Assembly (NCBI RefSeq): GCF_964204645.1
Contig: NC_134031.1
Span: forward strand, 8,556,001-8,620,000
DNA length: 64,000 bases
Direction: 5' to 3'
Source of the DNA: Tubulanus polymorphus
Lineage: Eukaryota; Animalia; Nemertea
Shown: positions 24,884 through 38,435 of the stretch, in pieces
How positions within the stretch are numbered: the first letter of the stretch is position 1
Layout of the letters: each line of letters starts with the position of its first letter
Position numbers and translations under genes: made by a program
Notes under the pieces: generated by a model
Databases searched by the model: none
Seen by the model: the letters and a program-made list of their open reading frames with translations, nothing else
Told to the model about the DNA's origin: nothing

Positions 24884-26199
24884 ATGGTAGATAGTTTTCC
24901 AAAAGCTTTCCAATATAATAAATCAATTAAATATAATATTCCAGCAATAGATTTTAATAAAGATATTTCATATAGAAATGAAGTTTTAAATTCATAAATT
25001 GATTTATATATTTATGTTACTGAAACTAATTATTTTAATGTTAAGATGGAAAATATATTTCATGTGTATACAATTAATTTTAAAAATTTAAATGAGGCAA
25101 AACAATGGTTATTAAAATCTAATATGAAGTATTGGCAGAATCAATTAAATTTTGCTGTTTATTGCGCAACAACAGGATGTGGTATAAGTTGGAATGATCA
25201 TTTAAATAAACCAAGTTTACCATTGATGTTATCACTTTTTAGATTTCATACTTATTTTCAAATAAAATTAATATTAGATGAATTAGAATGTCCTTTATCA
25301 GGTTCAAAATATTTTAAAGAATTGAATAATAATATTAATTTTTCTAAGTTTTATAAAATATGTAATGAATTTAATATTAATTCAAATAATGATTTTAGAG
25401 CAAAAATGGGTGGATTAGGAATATTATATACTAAAGAATTTGGAAAAATAATGACAAATTCAGATATAAGAACACTAAATTGGAATGAATTACCAAAATA
25501 TTATAATAATATACAACAACAAAATAATAATGGTTGGGTTAATTTCATTTTAGAAAATATGAAGGTTTTACTAAAGCTGGAATACAAAGAATAGATCAAT
25601 CTATTAGAACTTATTTGATATGTATTTTAGGTGCGCAAGTTGAAACAAGATCACCAATAGTTGGAAATGATAACACTTCATTCGATGCGCAGAAACAATT
25701 CAAAGTATTATTTGAAGATTCCATTCTTAATGATAAAAATAGATCGATTCCAGAAAACATTGTAAGATATCAAAATTATTTAGATAAATCACATATTAGA
25801 TGAAATTATTGTATAGGCCTTAATCTATTAATTATTTCTAATGATTTAGTATTAAAGATGGGAAATATAATTGGTTATAATAATCTAATTAAAACTGAAA
25901 CAATAAATAATTCATTTGGATTAAATGATATAAATAAAAAAATTATCACTGCTCCAAAATTAATGGAAGGTGAAAAAAATAAAAAACATATTCAATCAAC
26001 AGAAACTAAAACTAATAATATAAAATTAAATAATGATTCTAAAATAAAAGATTACAATACTACAGAAGATATAAAAACTGATAATATTCAACATGAAATA
26101 ATTAAACAAAATGATGATAATAAATCCCATGAAAATGCTAAATTAGCTATAACTTGTATAGGAATTGTAATCGGAGGAATATTATATTTTAAATTTTAA
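24884..26199 (+). pseudogene. Polinton hypothetical protein (WQNQLNFAVYCATTGCG motif, C-terminal TM), disrupted; absent from element 2
   Basis: ORF fragments 25046-25594, 25615-25803 and 25858-26199 follow a TAAATG at 24884. Confidence 0.55.
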
Positions 26200-27578
26200 T
26201 TTTTTTATTATGTAAATGGATGTAGAAGGTGGAGAAGATTATGAAATGGGAGAAATGGGAATTAATAATGAGGGATATATTGATGATGATTATAATGATG
26301 CAGAAACTAATATTGATAATGATGATGAATCAGCATATAATTCTAATTTAGCAGATAGTGGTTCTAAAGGCCCATCAACAGATGAATTTGATAGAAGAAC
26401 TAGATCGAGAATAAATCCTAAAAATAAAAATCAAGGTTTATTAAAGCAAAATTTAGAATATAATGAATATATTTATAATTTCAAACATGTATTTGAAAAA
26501 TCTGGATATAATATCAATGATAGAGGCGCTAGATATTTAGTACAAGAATTAAAATATTTAGATGGTGAATATTATTATCGTTTGAAAGATGATTATTATA
26601 TTGATATCTCTTATAAAAAACAAGACAAAATATTAGCAGAATCAACTTTGCTCAAGTTAGACCTATCTAGAATTAAAAGAGTAAGAAATAGTAATGAAAT
26701 AAATGATGTAACACAAGCATAAATTATTAAAAATGAAAGAGTATTTAATAAAGAATTAATAAATTATTTGAAACAATCAATAATAATTTAGAACCAAAAA
26801 CAACTTCTGGTAAACTTAAATCAAATAAAGTTCCAATTGATAAACTTTTACCAAATGGATTACTTGATGCAACAGATCAAGAATTAGAAGATTTAGATAT
26901 ATTTTCTGATAAAGCAATTAGAGAAATTATTAGTATAAGACTTGCATCTGATAAAATTGCGCATGATAAAAGTATAAGAGATTTTAAAATTAGAACTTTG
27001 GAAAAAGATAGAACTGATAAAATTAAAGAAATAGAACAATTAGAATTAGATAGAGATAATAAAGTTATTGAAGAAATCGAATTTAAAAAAAGAAATGCGT
27101 ATTTAGAAAAAGAAAAAGATGATTTAGAATATAATATAGAATTACAAAAAGAAGAAATTAAATTATTATTAAAATCATATGATTATAATATTAATAGATT
27201 AAAAGTTATTTTTAATGATTTGTTGATAAAACCAAATTCTGAAATATCATTGAAAGATAGAATAAAATTATTATTTAAATTAGAAGGAATAACAATTCTT
27301 TCAATTCTAACAGCTGTAACTATGTTATTTACAACAATAGGTTTAGCTATATCAAATTCACTGAAATCTACTCCTACTCCCAATAAACCGGATAAACCCC
27401 CAGATAATAATAATTCTATACAAGATAAAGTTAAAGATGGTTTAAAGAAATTAGCAAAATATTTATGGGAACTATCTAAAAAATCTGCTGCAGCATTGCC
27501 CGGAGTTATTGCATCAATTGTTGGTTTTATATTGAAATCTGCAGGAAACATTATTAACTTTGCTGCTGAACATATTAT

Positions 27579-30574
27579 TAGGGTTTTCTGTTACATTACA
27601 GAAAACCCTATTGAGATTCGCGTGTTTCTTATTATCATTATTATTATTATTATTATTTTTTTCCACACATTTTTTGTCAAAAGTACATAGGCTTTTTTAC
27701 ATTACCGCTGTTGCCGATACAATCCGTTTGATATCATTTAGCTCACTTCGATCTACAAATACTCCGCGCAAATTTTGAAGAATCAACGTTACAAAAGCAC
27801 TGTCGGGCCGTAAACATCGAAAATTGAGCCCCATTCAAAGAGCCGACATGTTTTTCTAAGTCGTCTATCCGAAATCTACCGCACGTTTCTTGTCACATCG
27901 ATTATCAAATCAAGCATAAATTAACAAATTTATTACCCAAAGATTGCACATTCTGTCGCGGTTTTTAAAAAACTAATTTTAACAATAACCCATTTTCCTC
28001 ATCAAATTATAATACCAATACACAGGAAATTTACTACTTTAGATTTTAAAAGCACTGTCGAGCCGTAAACATCGACGAATCGACGTGTGTTACTACATCG
28101 TCGTTCCGGGAATCAGCTGCGAGTTTCTCCTCATTCTGTGAATCAAATCGAGTACAAGTTAATTTATTACTACCAGTGATTTGGCTGCGGGCGTCAAGCA
28201 GTTAATTTAGCAATACCTATTTTTCTTTACCAAATTTACCGTGTTTTTACTAAGATAAATCATAAGTGTACCGGGGAGTCGTAGGCCTAAACTAAACACG
28301 CCGAAGAGATATAGCGGAGAAAAGCTGTTATGTCGACGAGGTATCAAAATAAAAGAATATATTACTTTATTCGGCCGCGGGCCTCTATATCAATACCATC
28401 AATACTCTATATTTCCTACAGTACATACCGATCATTGTCAAATCCACAAGGTATTTACTAAATACAAGTATATAACACACTCCTATCCGTATGCTGGACT
28501 CACACTTGACATTCGGAGTAAGCGTTTGCTGTGGGGGAAAGGAGATCGTTCGCTGTGTCGCTTGAAGTGTTTATCGAGTTTTACGCGACCTTAAAGCTTT
28601 AGTATGGTGGCTGATAAGATAAAAAACACGAATATGCAAATGAGGGCGACATTACGACAAAACTAAAATAACGCGAGAAAACAATGATTTTGATTTTGTT
28701 GCCCGTGACAATTCATTATTTTGGTTTTATCGCCCACGACAATTCATTACTTTGGTTTTATCGCCAGCGACAATGCATTATTTTGGTTTTGTCGCCCGCG
28801 ACAATTCTTCTTTTTGGTTTTGTCGCCCGCGACAATTCATTATTTTGGTTTTATATTTTGTTTTTGTCGCCCGCGACAATTTTCTTTTTTGGTTTTGTCG
28901 CCCGCGACAATTCAATATTTTGGTTTTATCGCCTGCGACAATTCAATATTTTGGTTTTATCGCCCGCAATAATTCATTATTTTGGTTTTGTCGCCTGAGA
29001 CAATTCATTATTTTGGTTTTATCGCCCGCGACAATTCATTATTACGGTTTTGTCGCCCGCGACAATTCATTATTTTGGTTTTGTCGCCCCGACAATTCTT
29101 TTTTTAGTTTTGTCGCCCGCGAAAATTCATTAGTTTGGTTTTGTCGCCCACGACAATTCAATATTTTGGTTTTGTCGCCCGCGACAATTCAATATTTTGG
29201 TTTTGTCGCCCGCGACAATTCATTATTTTGGTTTTATCGCCCGCGACAATTCATTATTTTGGTTTTGTCGCCCCGACAATTCTTTTTTTGGTTTTGTCGC
29301 CCGCGAAAATTCATGAGTTTGGTTTTGTCGCCCGCGATAATTCATTATTTTGGTTTTATCGCCCGCGACAATTCATTATTTTGGTTTTGTCGCCCGAGAC
29401 AATTCATTACTTTAGTATTGTCGCCCGCGACAATTCATTATTTTAGTTTTGTCGCCTGGACAATTCACCATTTTGGTTTTGTCGCCTGCGACAATTCATT
29501 ATTTTGGTTTTGTCGCCCCGACAGTTCTTTTTTTGGTTTTGTCGCCCGCGACAATTCATTAGTTTGGTTTTGTCGCCCGAGACAATTCATTATTATAGTT
29601 TTGTCGCCCGCGACAATTCATTATTTTGGTTTTGTCGCCTGGACAATTCACCATTTTGGTTTTGTCGCCTGTGACAATTCATTATTTTGGTTTTGTCGCC
29701 CCGACAGTTCTTTTTTTGGTTTTGTCGCCCGCGACAATTCATTATTTTGGTTTTGTCGCCCCGACAGTTCTTTTTTTGGTTTTGTCGCCCGCGACAATTC
29801 ATTATTTTGGTTTTGTCGCCCGCGACAATTCAATATTTTGGTTTTATCGCCCACGACAATACATTATTTTGGTTTTATCACCCGCAACAATTCAATATTT
29901 TGTTTTTATCGCCCGCGACAATTCTTGTTTTTGGTTTTGTCGCCCGCGACAATTCATTATTTTGGTTTTATCGCCCGCGACAATTTAATGTTTTGGTTTA
30001 TCGCCCGCGATAATACATTATTTTGGTTTTATCACCCGCAACAATTCAATATTTTGTTTTTATCGCCCGAGACAATTCATTATTTTGGTTTTATCGCCCG
30101 CGACAATTCAATATTTTTGTTTTATCGCCCGCGACAATTCATTAGTTTGGTTTTATCGCCCGCGACAATTCATTAGTTTGGTTTTGTCGCCCGCGACAAT
30201 TCAATATTTTGGTTTTATCACCCGCGACAATTCATTAGTTTGGTTTTGTCGCCCATGACAATTCTTTTTCAGTCCACTTGGGACTTTAGTCCCAGCGGGC
30301 TATTGTGTTCACTTTTCTTCAGTCCGTCCGTCCATAGACGGAATACAGTTATTTTGGGAAGTTTTGAAGACGCGTTCCGTTGATTTCGGTTACAAGTTTC
30401 TGTTCAGAGATAACTGCTGAGCCATTTTAACGACCTATCATTGATACTGTTTCCTAATAGCCTCTATAGTAATGGCTGATGTTGAACCTTATCAAATGCT
30501 TTGTTGAAATCCACCGTTGAACAGGATTCTAAGACTGTGCAGAAAATTTGTTATCGCTGCTTTGCAGCTATATT
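27579..30574 (+). mobile_element. HINE family B insertion carrying a ~29-bp tandem array
   Basis: 5' TAGGGTTTTCTGTTACATTACAGAAAACCCTA hairpin and 3' GCAGAAAA...ATCGCTGCTTTGCAGCTATATTT; inserted in a T-run; the empty site is seen in element 2 near 57490. Confidence 0.75.
28685..30265 (+). repeat. Minisatellite, ~29-bp unit (ATTCATTATTTTGGTTTTGTCGCCCGCGACA-like), roughly 50 copies
   Basis: Direct reading of tandem units with 28-30-bp variants. Confidence 0.95.
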
Positions 30575-30661
30575 TTTATTTTTAATTACAGTTGTAAGTG
30601 CAATTATTTTTGGGTAAGTAAACATGATAAAAAATAAATAATTAATTTTTTTGTTAAATAA

Positions 30662-31912
30662 ATGAGTGGGAGTTATATCAATCCTTCTAAGAATCATAGA
30701 ATATCTAATGCTATTAAAGCAGAAAGATCACATCATATAATTACTCATAACCCTTCTAATATTAATCCTGATGAAACTTTATATGTTAGAATTCCTCGAT
30801 TAACACAAAATACTTTTTATGTTCCAAATAGTATTTATTTATCAGCCGATATAAAAGTAACCGGTAATAATAATAATTATGTTGTCGATAATGTTGGAAG
30901 ATATTTGATTAAAAAATTAATAATAAAGATTGGACCAGAAACAGTTTTCTCATTAGATGATTATAATTTATTTATGCATTATAAAGATTTATGGTTAACT
31001 AAAGAAAATAGAAATAATATGATATTCCAACGAATCCAATCAGAAAACCAAAATAAATTAAGATCAGAAGCACATAATGCAATATTAACTAATGCTATAG
31101 ATAAATTGATAAAAAGTATATATGGAAGCAAATATGAAATTCCATTAGACTTTGAATTGATAAATAATAATGCGCCTTTATATAAATACGCAATTCAAGA
31201 AGATGTTATATTCGAAATAACATTTGCTCCTGTAAATGAAATTGTAATATCTAGCGTTGTTAAAGATATGGGTTATAAATTATCGAATATATGTTAAGAA
31301 TATGATACAGTAACTGATGAAAATATTTCAAGTATAATTCAAACTCAATACAATCAAGGATTTTCATTATTATATGATTATATTGATAAATTTAAAACTG
31401 TAACTATTAATGCAGGTGATGAAATAATTAATGAGAATATTAACTTCCCAAGAAGATCTATTAAAGGTATATTAATATTTTTTACCATTGCAAGATATAC
31501 TAATGGTGCAATAAATGTTGATAATTATTATAATCCTGAAATAACAAAAGTAGAAATAACTATCGAAGGAATAGCAAATAAGATATTTTGTCAAGGAATG
31601 AGAATGATAGATCAATGGCCAGAAATTAGAAAACATTTTATGAATGAAAAAGTAAAATCATCTGAAAATTGTAATATGAATCAAATTGATTATTATACCG
31701 GTAATAAATATGCATTATGGTTAGATTTTAGAACAACAGAGGATAATAATTCATTACATGGTTCTGGAAAAAAACTACAGAACACTAAAGATGGAATACA
31801 ATTATTCATGACAAAGAATAAAGGAATCAAAAATTTTAAAATGCACATTTATATTATATCTGACGCGCAATTAAATATTGTAAATTCTCAATTAAATAGT
31901 ATTATGTATTAG
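30662..31912 (+). pseudogene. Major capsid protein (double jelly-roll type), internal stop at 31295
   Basis: High identity to 57582-58829; HIITHNPSNINPDETLYVRIPRL N-terminus, ~415 codons, position in the structural block. Confidence 0.75.
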
Positions 31913-31944
31913 AATTTTAACTTTAATAAAAATTTATATAATAA

Positions 31945-32763
31945 ATGGAAGGAGGTAAAGTATATAAACATATTCCATACATCGATACACATGAAAATAA
32001 TGATGGCTTATATTATGAAATACCTTGTAATATAGCTTTGATATTTGATCCTATTTTCAAAATTTATAAAACTAAACGAATAGAAATCGATAATAATTAA
32101 AGTGGTGTTGTTGATAATTTAAGTAATGTAATTGATAATAATGTAATACCTTCTACATCTAATAATGTAATACCTTCTACATCTAATAATGTAATACCTT
32201 CTACATCTAATAATGTAATACCTTCTACTTCAAATAATGAAATAATATTAAATATTAGTGAAAATAGAAATTATTGTGATTATTGTAAAGGTGAATTTTC
32301 AAACGCTCCATCAAATTGGAATAAACATATGAATACAAAGGTACATATGACTAATGTAATAGAACGTGTTGGTTTAAGAGAATTTATAGAACACCCATTT
32401 ATATATGTTACAAAGTTTGTTTCAAATAAAAAAGTAAATGGTAAAGAATTATATGAAGATTTATTATTAGCAACACCTAATAAAGATGAATTAGATTTAA
32501 CCGATGCTATTAAAATATTAGGATCAAACATTGTAAATGAAATATTAGGAGCAAACACTAAGAAAGATGATAATGAAAATATAGTTACAGGAAATCGTAT
32601 TGATAATAAAGATTATGTAGACACACTTTTGGTGAAAGATAAAGAAGAAACTATTGATGATGCGGTAGAAAGGATGAATAAGTATAACAATAAAGCAACT
32701 ATTGATGATGATACGGTAGAGAGTTTGAATAAATTGTTAGGGTCTGATAGTGAAAGTGATTAA
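31945..32763 (+). pseudogene. Element-1-specific hypothetical protein with a (NNVIPSTS) repeat and a C2H2-like zinc finger
   Basis: TAAATG start, 24-bp tandem repeat at ~32138-32230, YCDYCKGEFSNAPSNWNKHMNTKVH; stop near 32098. Confidence 0.5.
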
Positions 32764-32954
32764 GATATTAATTATATTTAATCAAATAATAATATTGGTT
32801 GAAAATTGTATAAAATAGTAGTTAATAAAAAAGGGCTTTAGGTATTAGGGTATCTAATAGGGTATCTAATACATGGGTAGGTATTAGGGTATATAATAGG
32901 GTATCAGGTATTAGGGTATCTAATAGGGTATCTTATACATAGGTATATAAATAG

Positions 32955-33566
32955 TTATTTTATAAACTTATATTCATATGGAAATTGAAGCCTCAGAAAT
33001 AATTTTGAACCTTTATTATTCTTTAATTTATTCATATATTCATCATGTAATTCAGTAGGTATAATTTGATTTTCTTCCAATGATTGTTGCATAGATTTTC
33101 TATCTTTGTTATAAAATAAAACTAGAAATCTTATATTCTCCCTAAAGTCTTTAACAATTGAATTATATTTTTGATTTAAAACCCATGTTGTTATCCCAAA
33201 ATGTCTCCCAGAAAAAGCTAGATAACATAACTCACTTTCTCTCACTTTTGAATCATGTAAATTAGCGCAATCATCTATAATGAATAATGTATTTGATCCT
33301 TTATAAGTATCAATTGCTATTTTAATACAATTATCTAAATTTTCTTTTACTGTTTTAGGATCTAATATAATAAACTGTTTTATCTTAACTATATCTCTAT
33401 TTTATGTTTTATTCATTTCATAAGTAGGACAAAATAATATTATATTATCAAAATGATTCTTATAAATAGTTTCTAACAAGTCTAATATGAAATGTGTTTT
33501 ACCACAATTTGTTACTTCAGTTATTAACATATCATGCGGTTCAAATATAAATAAATCTTTATTCAT
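32955..33566 (-). pseudogene. A32/FtsK-like genome packaging ATPase
   Basis: Homologous to 59988-60596; Walker A degraded to EVTNCGKT; FIIDD Walker B; internal stop. Confidence 0.85.
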
Positions 33567-34666
33567 TTATTCTTTTAATTTTACTAGATAAAATCCATTC
33601 ATTAAATTTATCATCATATCCTTTATATTTCACCAAAGAATACTTTTTTCCTTTAAGAGTTTTTGTTTTCAATACTTTTTCTATTTTGTATTCTATTTCA
33701 TCTGGATTTGGTACAAGTGATAATTCTTGTTCATAGAAATAACCTAATATTTCTTCGTCTTTTAGATCTTCTAATTTATAAACAAATGGTTTAGTTAATA
33801 TTATCTTTTTAATCTTAAATATTTCTTCCGTAAAATTAGGGGTATAACCTTTTATAAAATGTTTTTCTATATTTAGATATTCTTACGTGTTGTCCAATTT
33901 TAAATTTAGGTTCGCCGAAATCATGTGTAACAAATGCTCCATATAAATTATTCCAAACTATTTCCGAATTATCTTCTTTTCTAGCTTGTATAGGTTTCAT
34001 ATTTATAGAACTATGTTTAGAATTATTATAACCTTTCACTAAATGATCTAACACATCGATATATTTATATGTTTCATTAGCAGTAAAATATTTCCACATT
34101 CTAGTTTTCAATGTTTTATTAAATCTTTCTATAATAGATGCTTTTTTATCTGAATGTGTTGAAAAATAATCTACGTCGTTATCAGATAATAGTTTTTTGA
34201 AATGTTTGTTATAAAATTCCTTACCTTCATCAAATTGTATCTTATCTGGAATAGCTTCTTTAAATATTGATTTAAAAGCATTTGTCACTTCTATACCAGT
34301 TTTATTTTTGATTGCAATTGACCATGCGTATTTACTGAATATGTCTATAACATTCAGTATCCAGAATTATCCTTTGTTGTGTTCTTCTAAGTTCTTCATG
34401 TCAATTAAATCTGCTTGCCATTGTTGATCGATATATGAAACCATAACTTTTCTTGTTGAATAAGTTTTATCCATTTTCTTGTGTATTTGATATGTTGGTT
34501 GATTTTGTAACCATGATTTTAATTCACTATATTTTATATTGCCATTTTCCTTATCAGATTTAATTTTATTTCATAATTCTGAAACGTTAGAATATGATAC
34601 TTCACTTTCTGGGTTATAATATAAATCTCTTAAATATTGTTCTTTTTTCATCTTATTTTAATCCAT
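33567..34666 (-). pseudogene. Retroviral-like (rve) integrase with C-terminal chromodomain
   Basis: WQADLIDM, IDIFSKYAW, IQFDEGKEF, IERFNKTLK; stops and a frameshift. Confidence 0.9.
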
Positions 34667-35018
34667 TAATAATAATTTAGATTTAGTTTCAATGGCTTTA
34701 TGATTTGACTTATTTTCTGGTATGATAGGTTTATCATCATTGGAATCATCTTTATCATCAGATTTGAATTTTGATTTATATATTACACCGGATAATATAA
34801 TAATTGTGATTTACCCAATCGTAATATATAGGTAATTATTTCTTCCACTATTAGAAGAATTAGATGGATTGTTATTTGAATCAATATCAGATAATTTCTG
34901 TGATTCATTTATATCAGTTAATTTCTTTTTCTTAGCTTTTTTTAATTCTTAAGATCTTTTACCTAATTCTCTTGCCCATTTAATTTGTTTCTCGGATCTA
35001 GGCTTTTTCTTGACGCCA

Positions 35019-35621
35019 TCACTCATTTATTTTAGTAAATTTTTGTTCTGATTCATTTTCTGTTTCGCCGTTTGGTTGTAGTACATCTGTTTCGTTCTTA
35101 CCTGATTTATATTCCATAGGTTTGATATTCGAAAATGTTATGACACAAGTAGAAATTAATGTCATAACCGATCCTAATTGGAATGAAGCGTATCCAACCC
35201 ATTTTTGTAATTCAGTCATAACTAAATAGTCATTTTTCAAATCACTATATAATTTATTTTCATCATCAATTGGTATTAACTGGTTACATAACTTAGAATA
35301 ACATTTGACAATACCATCTGAAATAGAATCATTTATTCCGGCTAATCTTGCCTCTTCATAAATCTTAAAATATTTTGTTACTTTATCTGGTTTCATAGCA
35401 TCTAATTCTTGAAAAGTTATTATTTTTCCCAAGAAATCCTTAGATTTCCCTCCAGCAATCAATAGTTCTAGATGACGCTTACAATATAAATAGTATTCAT
35501 AATCTATATTACAATTAACTTGAGCACAATTAGTTACAACTGTATCTTTATTATCACTTATACCCAAATCATCTAATGTTTTTTCAATATTAATATTATT
35601 CTTATTAGATTTCTTTGACAT
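35019..35621 (-). CDS. Polinton hypothetical protein (homolog of 60901-61504)
   Basis: Shared DENKLYSDLKNDYLVMTEL motif; TAAATG start. Confidence 0.7.
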   Translation of the reverse strand: MSKKSNKNNINIEKTLDDLGISDNKDTVVTNCAQVNCNIDYEYYLYCKRHLELLIAGGKSKDFLGKIITFQELDAMKPDKVTKYFKIYEEARLAGINDSISDGIVKCYSKLCNQLIPIDDENKLYSDLKNDYLVMTELQKWVGYASFQLGSVMTLISTCVITFSNIKPMEYKSGKNETDVLQPNGETENESEQKFTKINE

Positions 35622-35826
35622 TTATATTAGAGAAAAAAAAACAAAATAAATATTATAAGTATTCTTCAAATGATACTAGCTAGTTAAAGCTAAAGAATTT
35701 CTATTCGGATCTATTCAAAATATAAAGTATTCTCTTTTTGAAAAGAAAATATTAAAAATATAATAGAATTCACTGGTTAGTTGAAGTTATATAATTGTTA
35801 ATATTTTTTATTTGAGATTTTATTCT

Positions 35827-37064
35827 TCAACCACTTATTAAAGACTCAACGTATTGTTCATTATTCGGATCATTGTTCCATTGATCAATAAATTTCTTTG
35901 CCTTTGTTAACTGTTCTAAATATAACTGTCAATCTAGTTTATTAGATTTGATTTTATTTTCTTTATTTTCAAGAGGTCTTAGATTCTTCCAATTCCAAAT
36001 TAGTTTTTTATTGTATTCATCATTCATGTTAAATTTAGATATTGGTAACGTATGATCTATTTGGAAATAATCTCCATAATTATCATGTTCATTTTATCGT
36101 CGAATTGATATATTATCCATGATTTAAGAAATTCATCTGAACAATCCAATAAATTTGTTAGTGTTTCTGAATGCGTTTCTTTACTGAATAATTTTGATAA
36201 TCTAGATCTTAAACATTGTTAGGGTTTTCTGACTTTCGTCGAAAACCCTCTTGAAATTCTGTTGATTATTATATATTTTCCGCCGATTTCGTCAAATAAA
36301 ATTCATCTTCATTCAGATTCGGCAACTGACAGCTTCGAAACGAAATGTATAAATAGATACTGTAATAACGGTCTCTCTGAACCAACAGATTGTCTGAATG
36401 TACTTTCCATCCTATTTGAAACTTAAAATTACTTATTAGGTTACTGTAAATAAAGAATTGAATTGTTAGACAACAAGCACCGGCGAAATAACAGTTTGTG
36501 ACGTCATTTAGTAAGTAAATAAAGGAGGTCTCCGAGAATTTCCAAATCACGGGGGAGGGACTATACTGGGGTTAGACCATTCAACCAAAAAGAGGATTGC
36601 TCCGATAATATCCAAATCATCTCATTTTATTTTTTCCATCGAATACCCGGTAATTAATTTTTCCTTTCGATCACATGCATCCAGAAAACCCGTTATCGCT
36701 GCTTTGCAGCTATATTTTCATTTTAAAATTTAGATCTATTTGACGCCTTTCTTTTTGATATTTATTTTGATACTCATTATAATGTTCACGATTATCTTTT
36801 TTCCAATCTCTAATATATTCTGGATTATTTTCTCTCCATTTTTTTTTTCTTTTCTTTACATTTTTCTAGATTATTTAGATAATATTGTTTATTATATAGT
36901 TTATTACAAGTTTTACAAATATTTCGTAAACCATCTTTATAAATCTTATGTTTATTAAATTCTGTAAATGGCCCATCTAATTCACATTTAGAACATGTCT
37001 TCTGATAAATATTTATAACACCATTATTGTTTATATTTATAGCTTGTGATTGTTCCGGCTCCAT
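35827..37064 (-). pseudogene. HNH endonuclease of the giant-virus/phage type with N-terminal CxxC..CxxC, split by a HINE
   Basis: Joined translation KTCSKC..CKTC ... RRQIDLNFKMK|QCLRSRL...LLDCSDEFLKSWIIYQFDDKM..DNYGDYFQIDHTLPISKF...NWKNLRPLENKENKIK. Confidence 0.7.
36219..36716 (+). mobile_element. HINE family B short copy
   Basis: 5' TTAGGGTTTTCTGACTTTCGTCGAAAACCCT and 3' AGAAAACCCGTTATCGCTGCTTTGCAGCTATATTT. Confidence 0.75.
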
Positions 37065-38311
37065 TCATAATATAGATTTTTATTAAAAATTGGTTAATAT
37101 TTTAGAATCCTTTTCCAATTCTTCGACCAACGTCATCCTTTTTCATTCCTCGCTGCTTTTGATAAGTCGTTTCGATTCCTTGATATCTAAATCATACCAC
37201 TGGGCAAAAGCGCTCTTATAGGCGCGTTTTTGCTTAATGCGCTTGCGCTAATCTTAATTATATATTCATTCTATAAATTCTGTAAAATAGAAACAACTGA
37301 ACACAAAATTCAAACGCATGCGCACTAGGCAAAAGCGCACATACAGGCGTGCTTTTGCTTAATGCGCATGCGTTAATCATAATTGAAACGACTGAACATA
37401 AAAATTCACCAAACAGATTTACACAATACATATACAAGTATGTTCGGTCGTTTCTTCCAATACCTCATTTGATTTCTATATATAAAATCTATAATTACAA
37501 ACATTTTTTCAATTGCCGGTAAATATTTAACTACATCAACAAATGTTAAACTTAATCATTGGAGTCTTAATGTTTTTGAAATTCTTATATAGTTTCTTCT
37601 TCGATCTTTTGTGATTCTTGTGCTTCTACGTCAATTTCTATTGGTTCGATATCCATTGCTGTTGATTCCTCAGTCAGAAAGAGTATCTTGAGTTTCTCTA
37701 TCGCTTCTTGATGCGTATGACATTTTATTCAACTAAAAGATATCAGCGGTAACTCTAATTATCTAAAAGATACACTAAATACACTTAAATATATCTAAAG
37801 GTTTCATATTTAATGGCCCTAATAACTACAAAAAACAGTACTTACATTTAGATTTAGAATTGTAATCTATAAACTCCTAATTGCGTTTCGAGAGATAAAA
37901 TATCCTAAGCGTTATGTTAAATCATCTATTCAGTTCCGGTGCGATTTCTAGAATGAACACGTCTGCGATTATGACACGTCATCTCTATTCAGAGTTCCGG
38001 TACACCTTCTAGAATGTTCTACGCGTTTGCAGTATTATGACTCATATGTCTCGGCGTCATAGTAACAGCTGTGACAGCTGTGAATTTATAGATTTATTCA
38101 ATAGTTCATTACATGAAATGTATATAGGCTCAAATAGAATCTTGTTCTAGTATAAGCAAATGCTATGTATTATATCATTTATATATATGAATTATTTCAA
38201 TCACACTTTACTAACACTCGTACTCTCGTACTCTGATCTGAAAGCCTACTTTTCTAATTACTTATATATGTTATTCATTTATATTTTATTCATGTATATG
38301 AATATTTTAAG

Positions 38312-38435
38312 AGTAATAGGGGTAATAGGCTTTCAGGTTAAAGGTTGAACGGTTGAGAAATTTTCCAAATGTGAAATAATAATAATTTCTACTTGAATTA
38401 GGAGTGTACGCGACTACCGGTAATTCAAGTAGAAA
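38312..38435. mobile_element. Foldback mini-element with Polinton-like AGTAAT terminus, truncated by a family B HINE
   Basis: Near-identical to 20580-20690; stem TTTCTACTTGAATTA...TAATTCAAGTAGAAA. Confidence 0.55.

Larger units (their letters stand above)
26216..30619 (+). pseudogene. Acidic N-terminus / coiled-coil / TM protein interrupted by a 3-kb HINE insertion
   Basis: 26998-27578 matches the C-terminal part of 56263-57561; the reading frame (AEHI|ILFLITVVSA) resumes after ~30574. Confidence 0.7.
20580..38262. mobile_element. Endogenous Polinton/Maverick (adintovirus-like) element 1, left-truncated and decayed
   Basis: pPolB, penton, MCP, ATPase and integrase remnants; right terminus ...CTGATCTGAAAGCCTACTTTTCTAATTACT matches the element 2 TIR; left end is an AGTAAT-terminus-like foldback fused to mid-PolB. 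Confidence 0.88.

Noticed and set aside
28684-30176. 474-aa and overlapping ORFs
   Set aside because: Artefacts of the ~29-bp minisatellite; the same peptides recur in all three frames
28685-30265. CRISPR-like array
   Set aside because: Head-to-tail tandem units without unique spacers, no cas genes, eukaryotic context
20580-38340. LTR-like direct repeats bounding element 1
   Set aside because: Element 1 has its own right TIR ending at 38262; the repeats look like separate foldback elements with oppositely oriented cores, and no TSD was found
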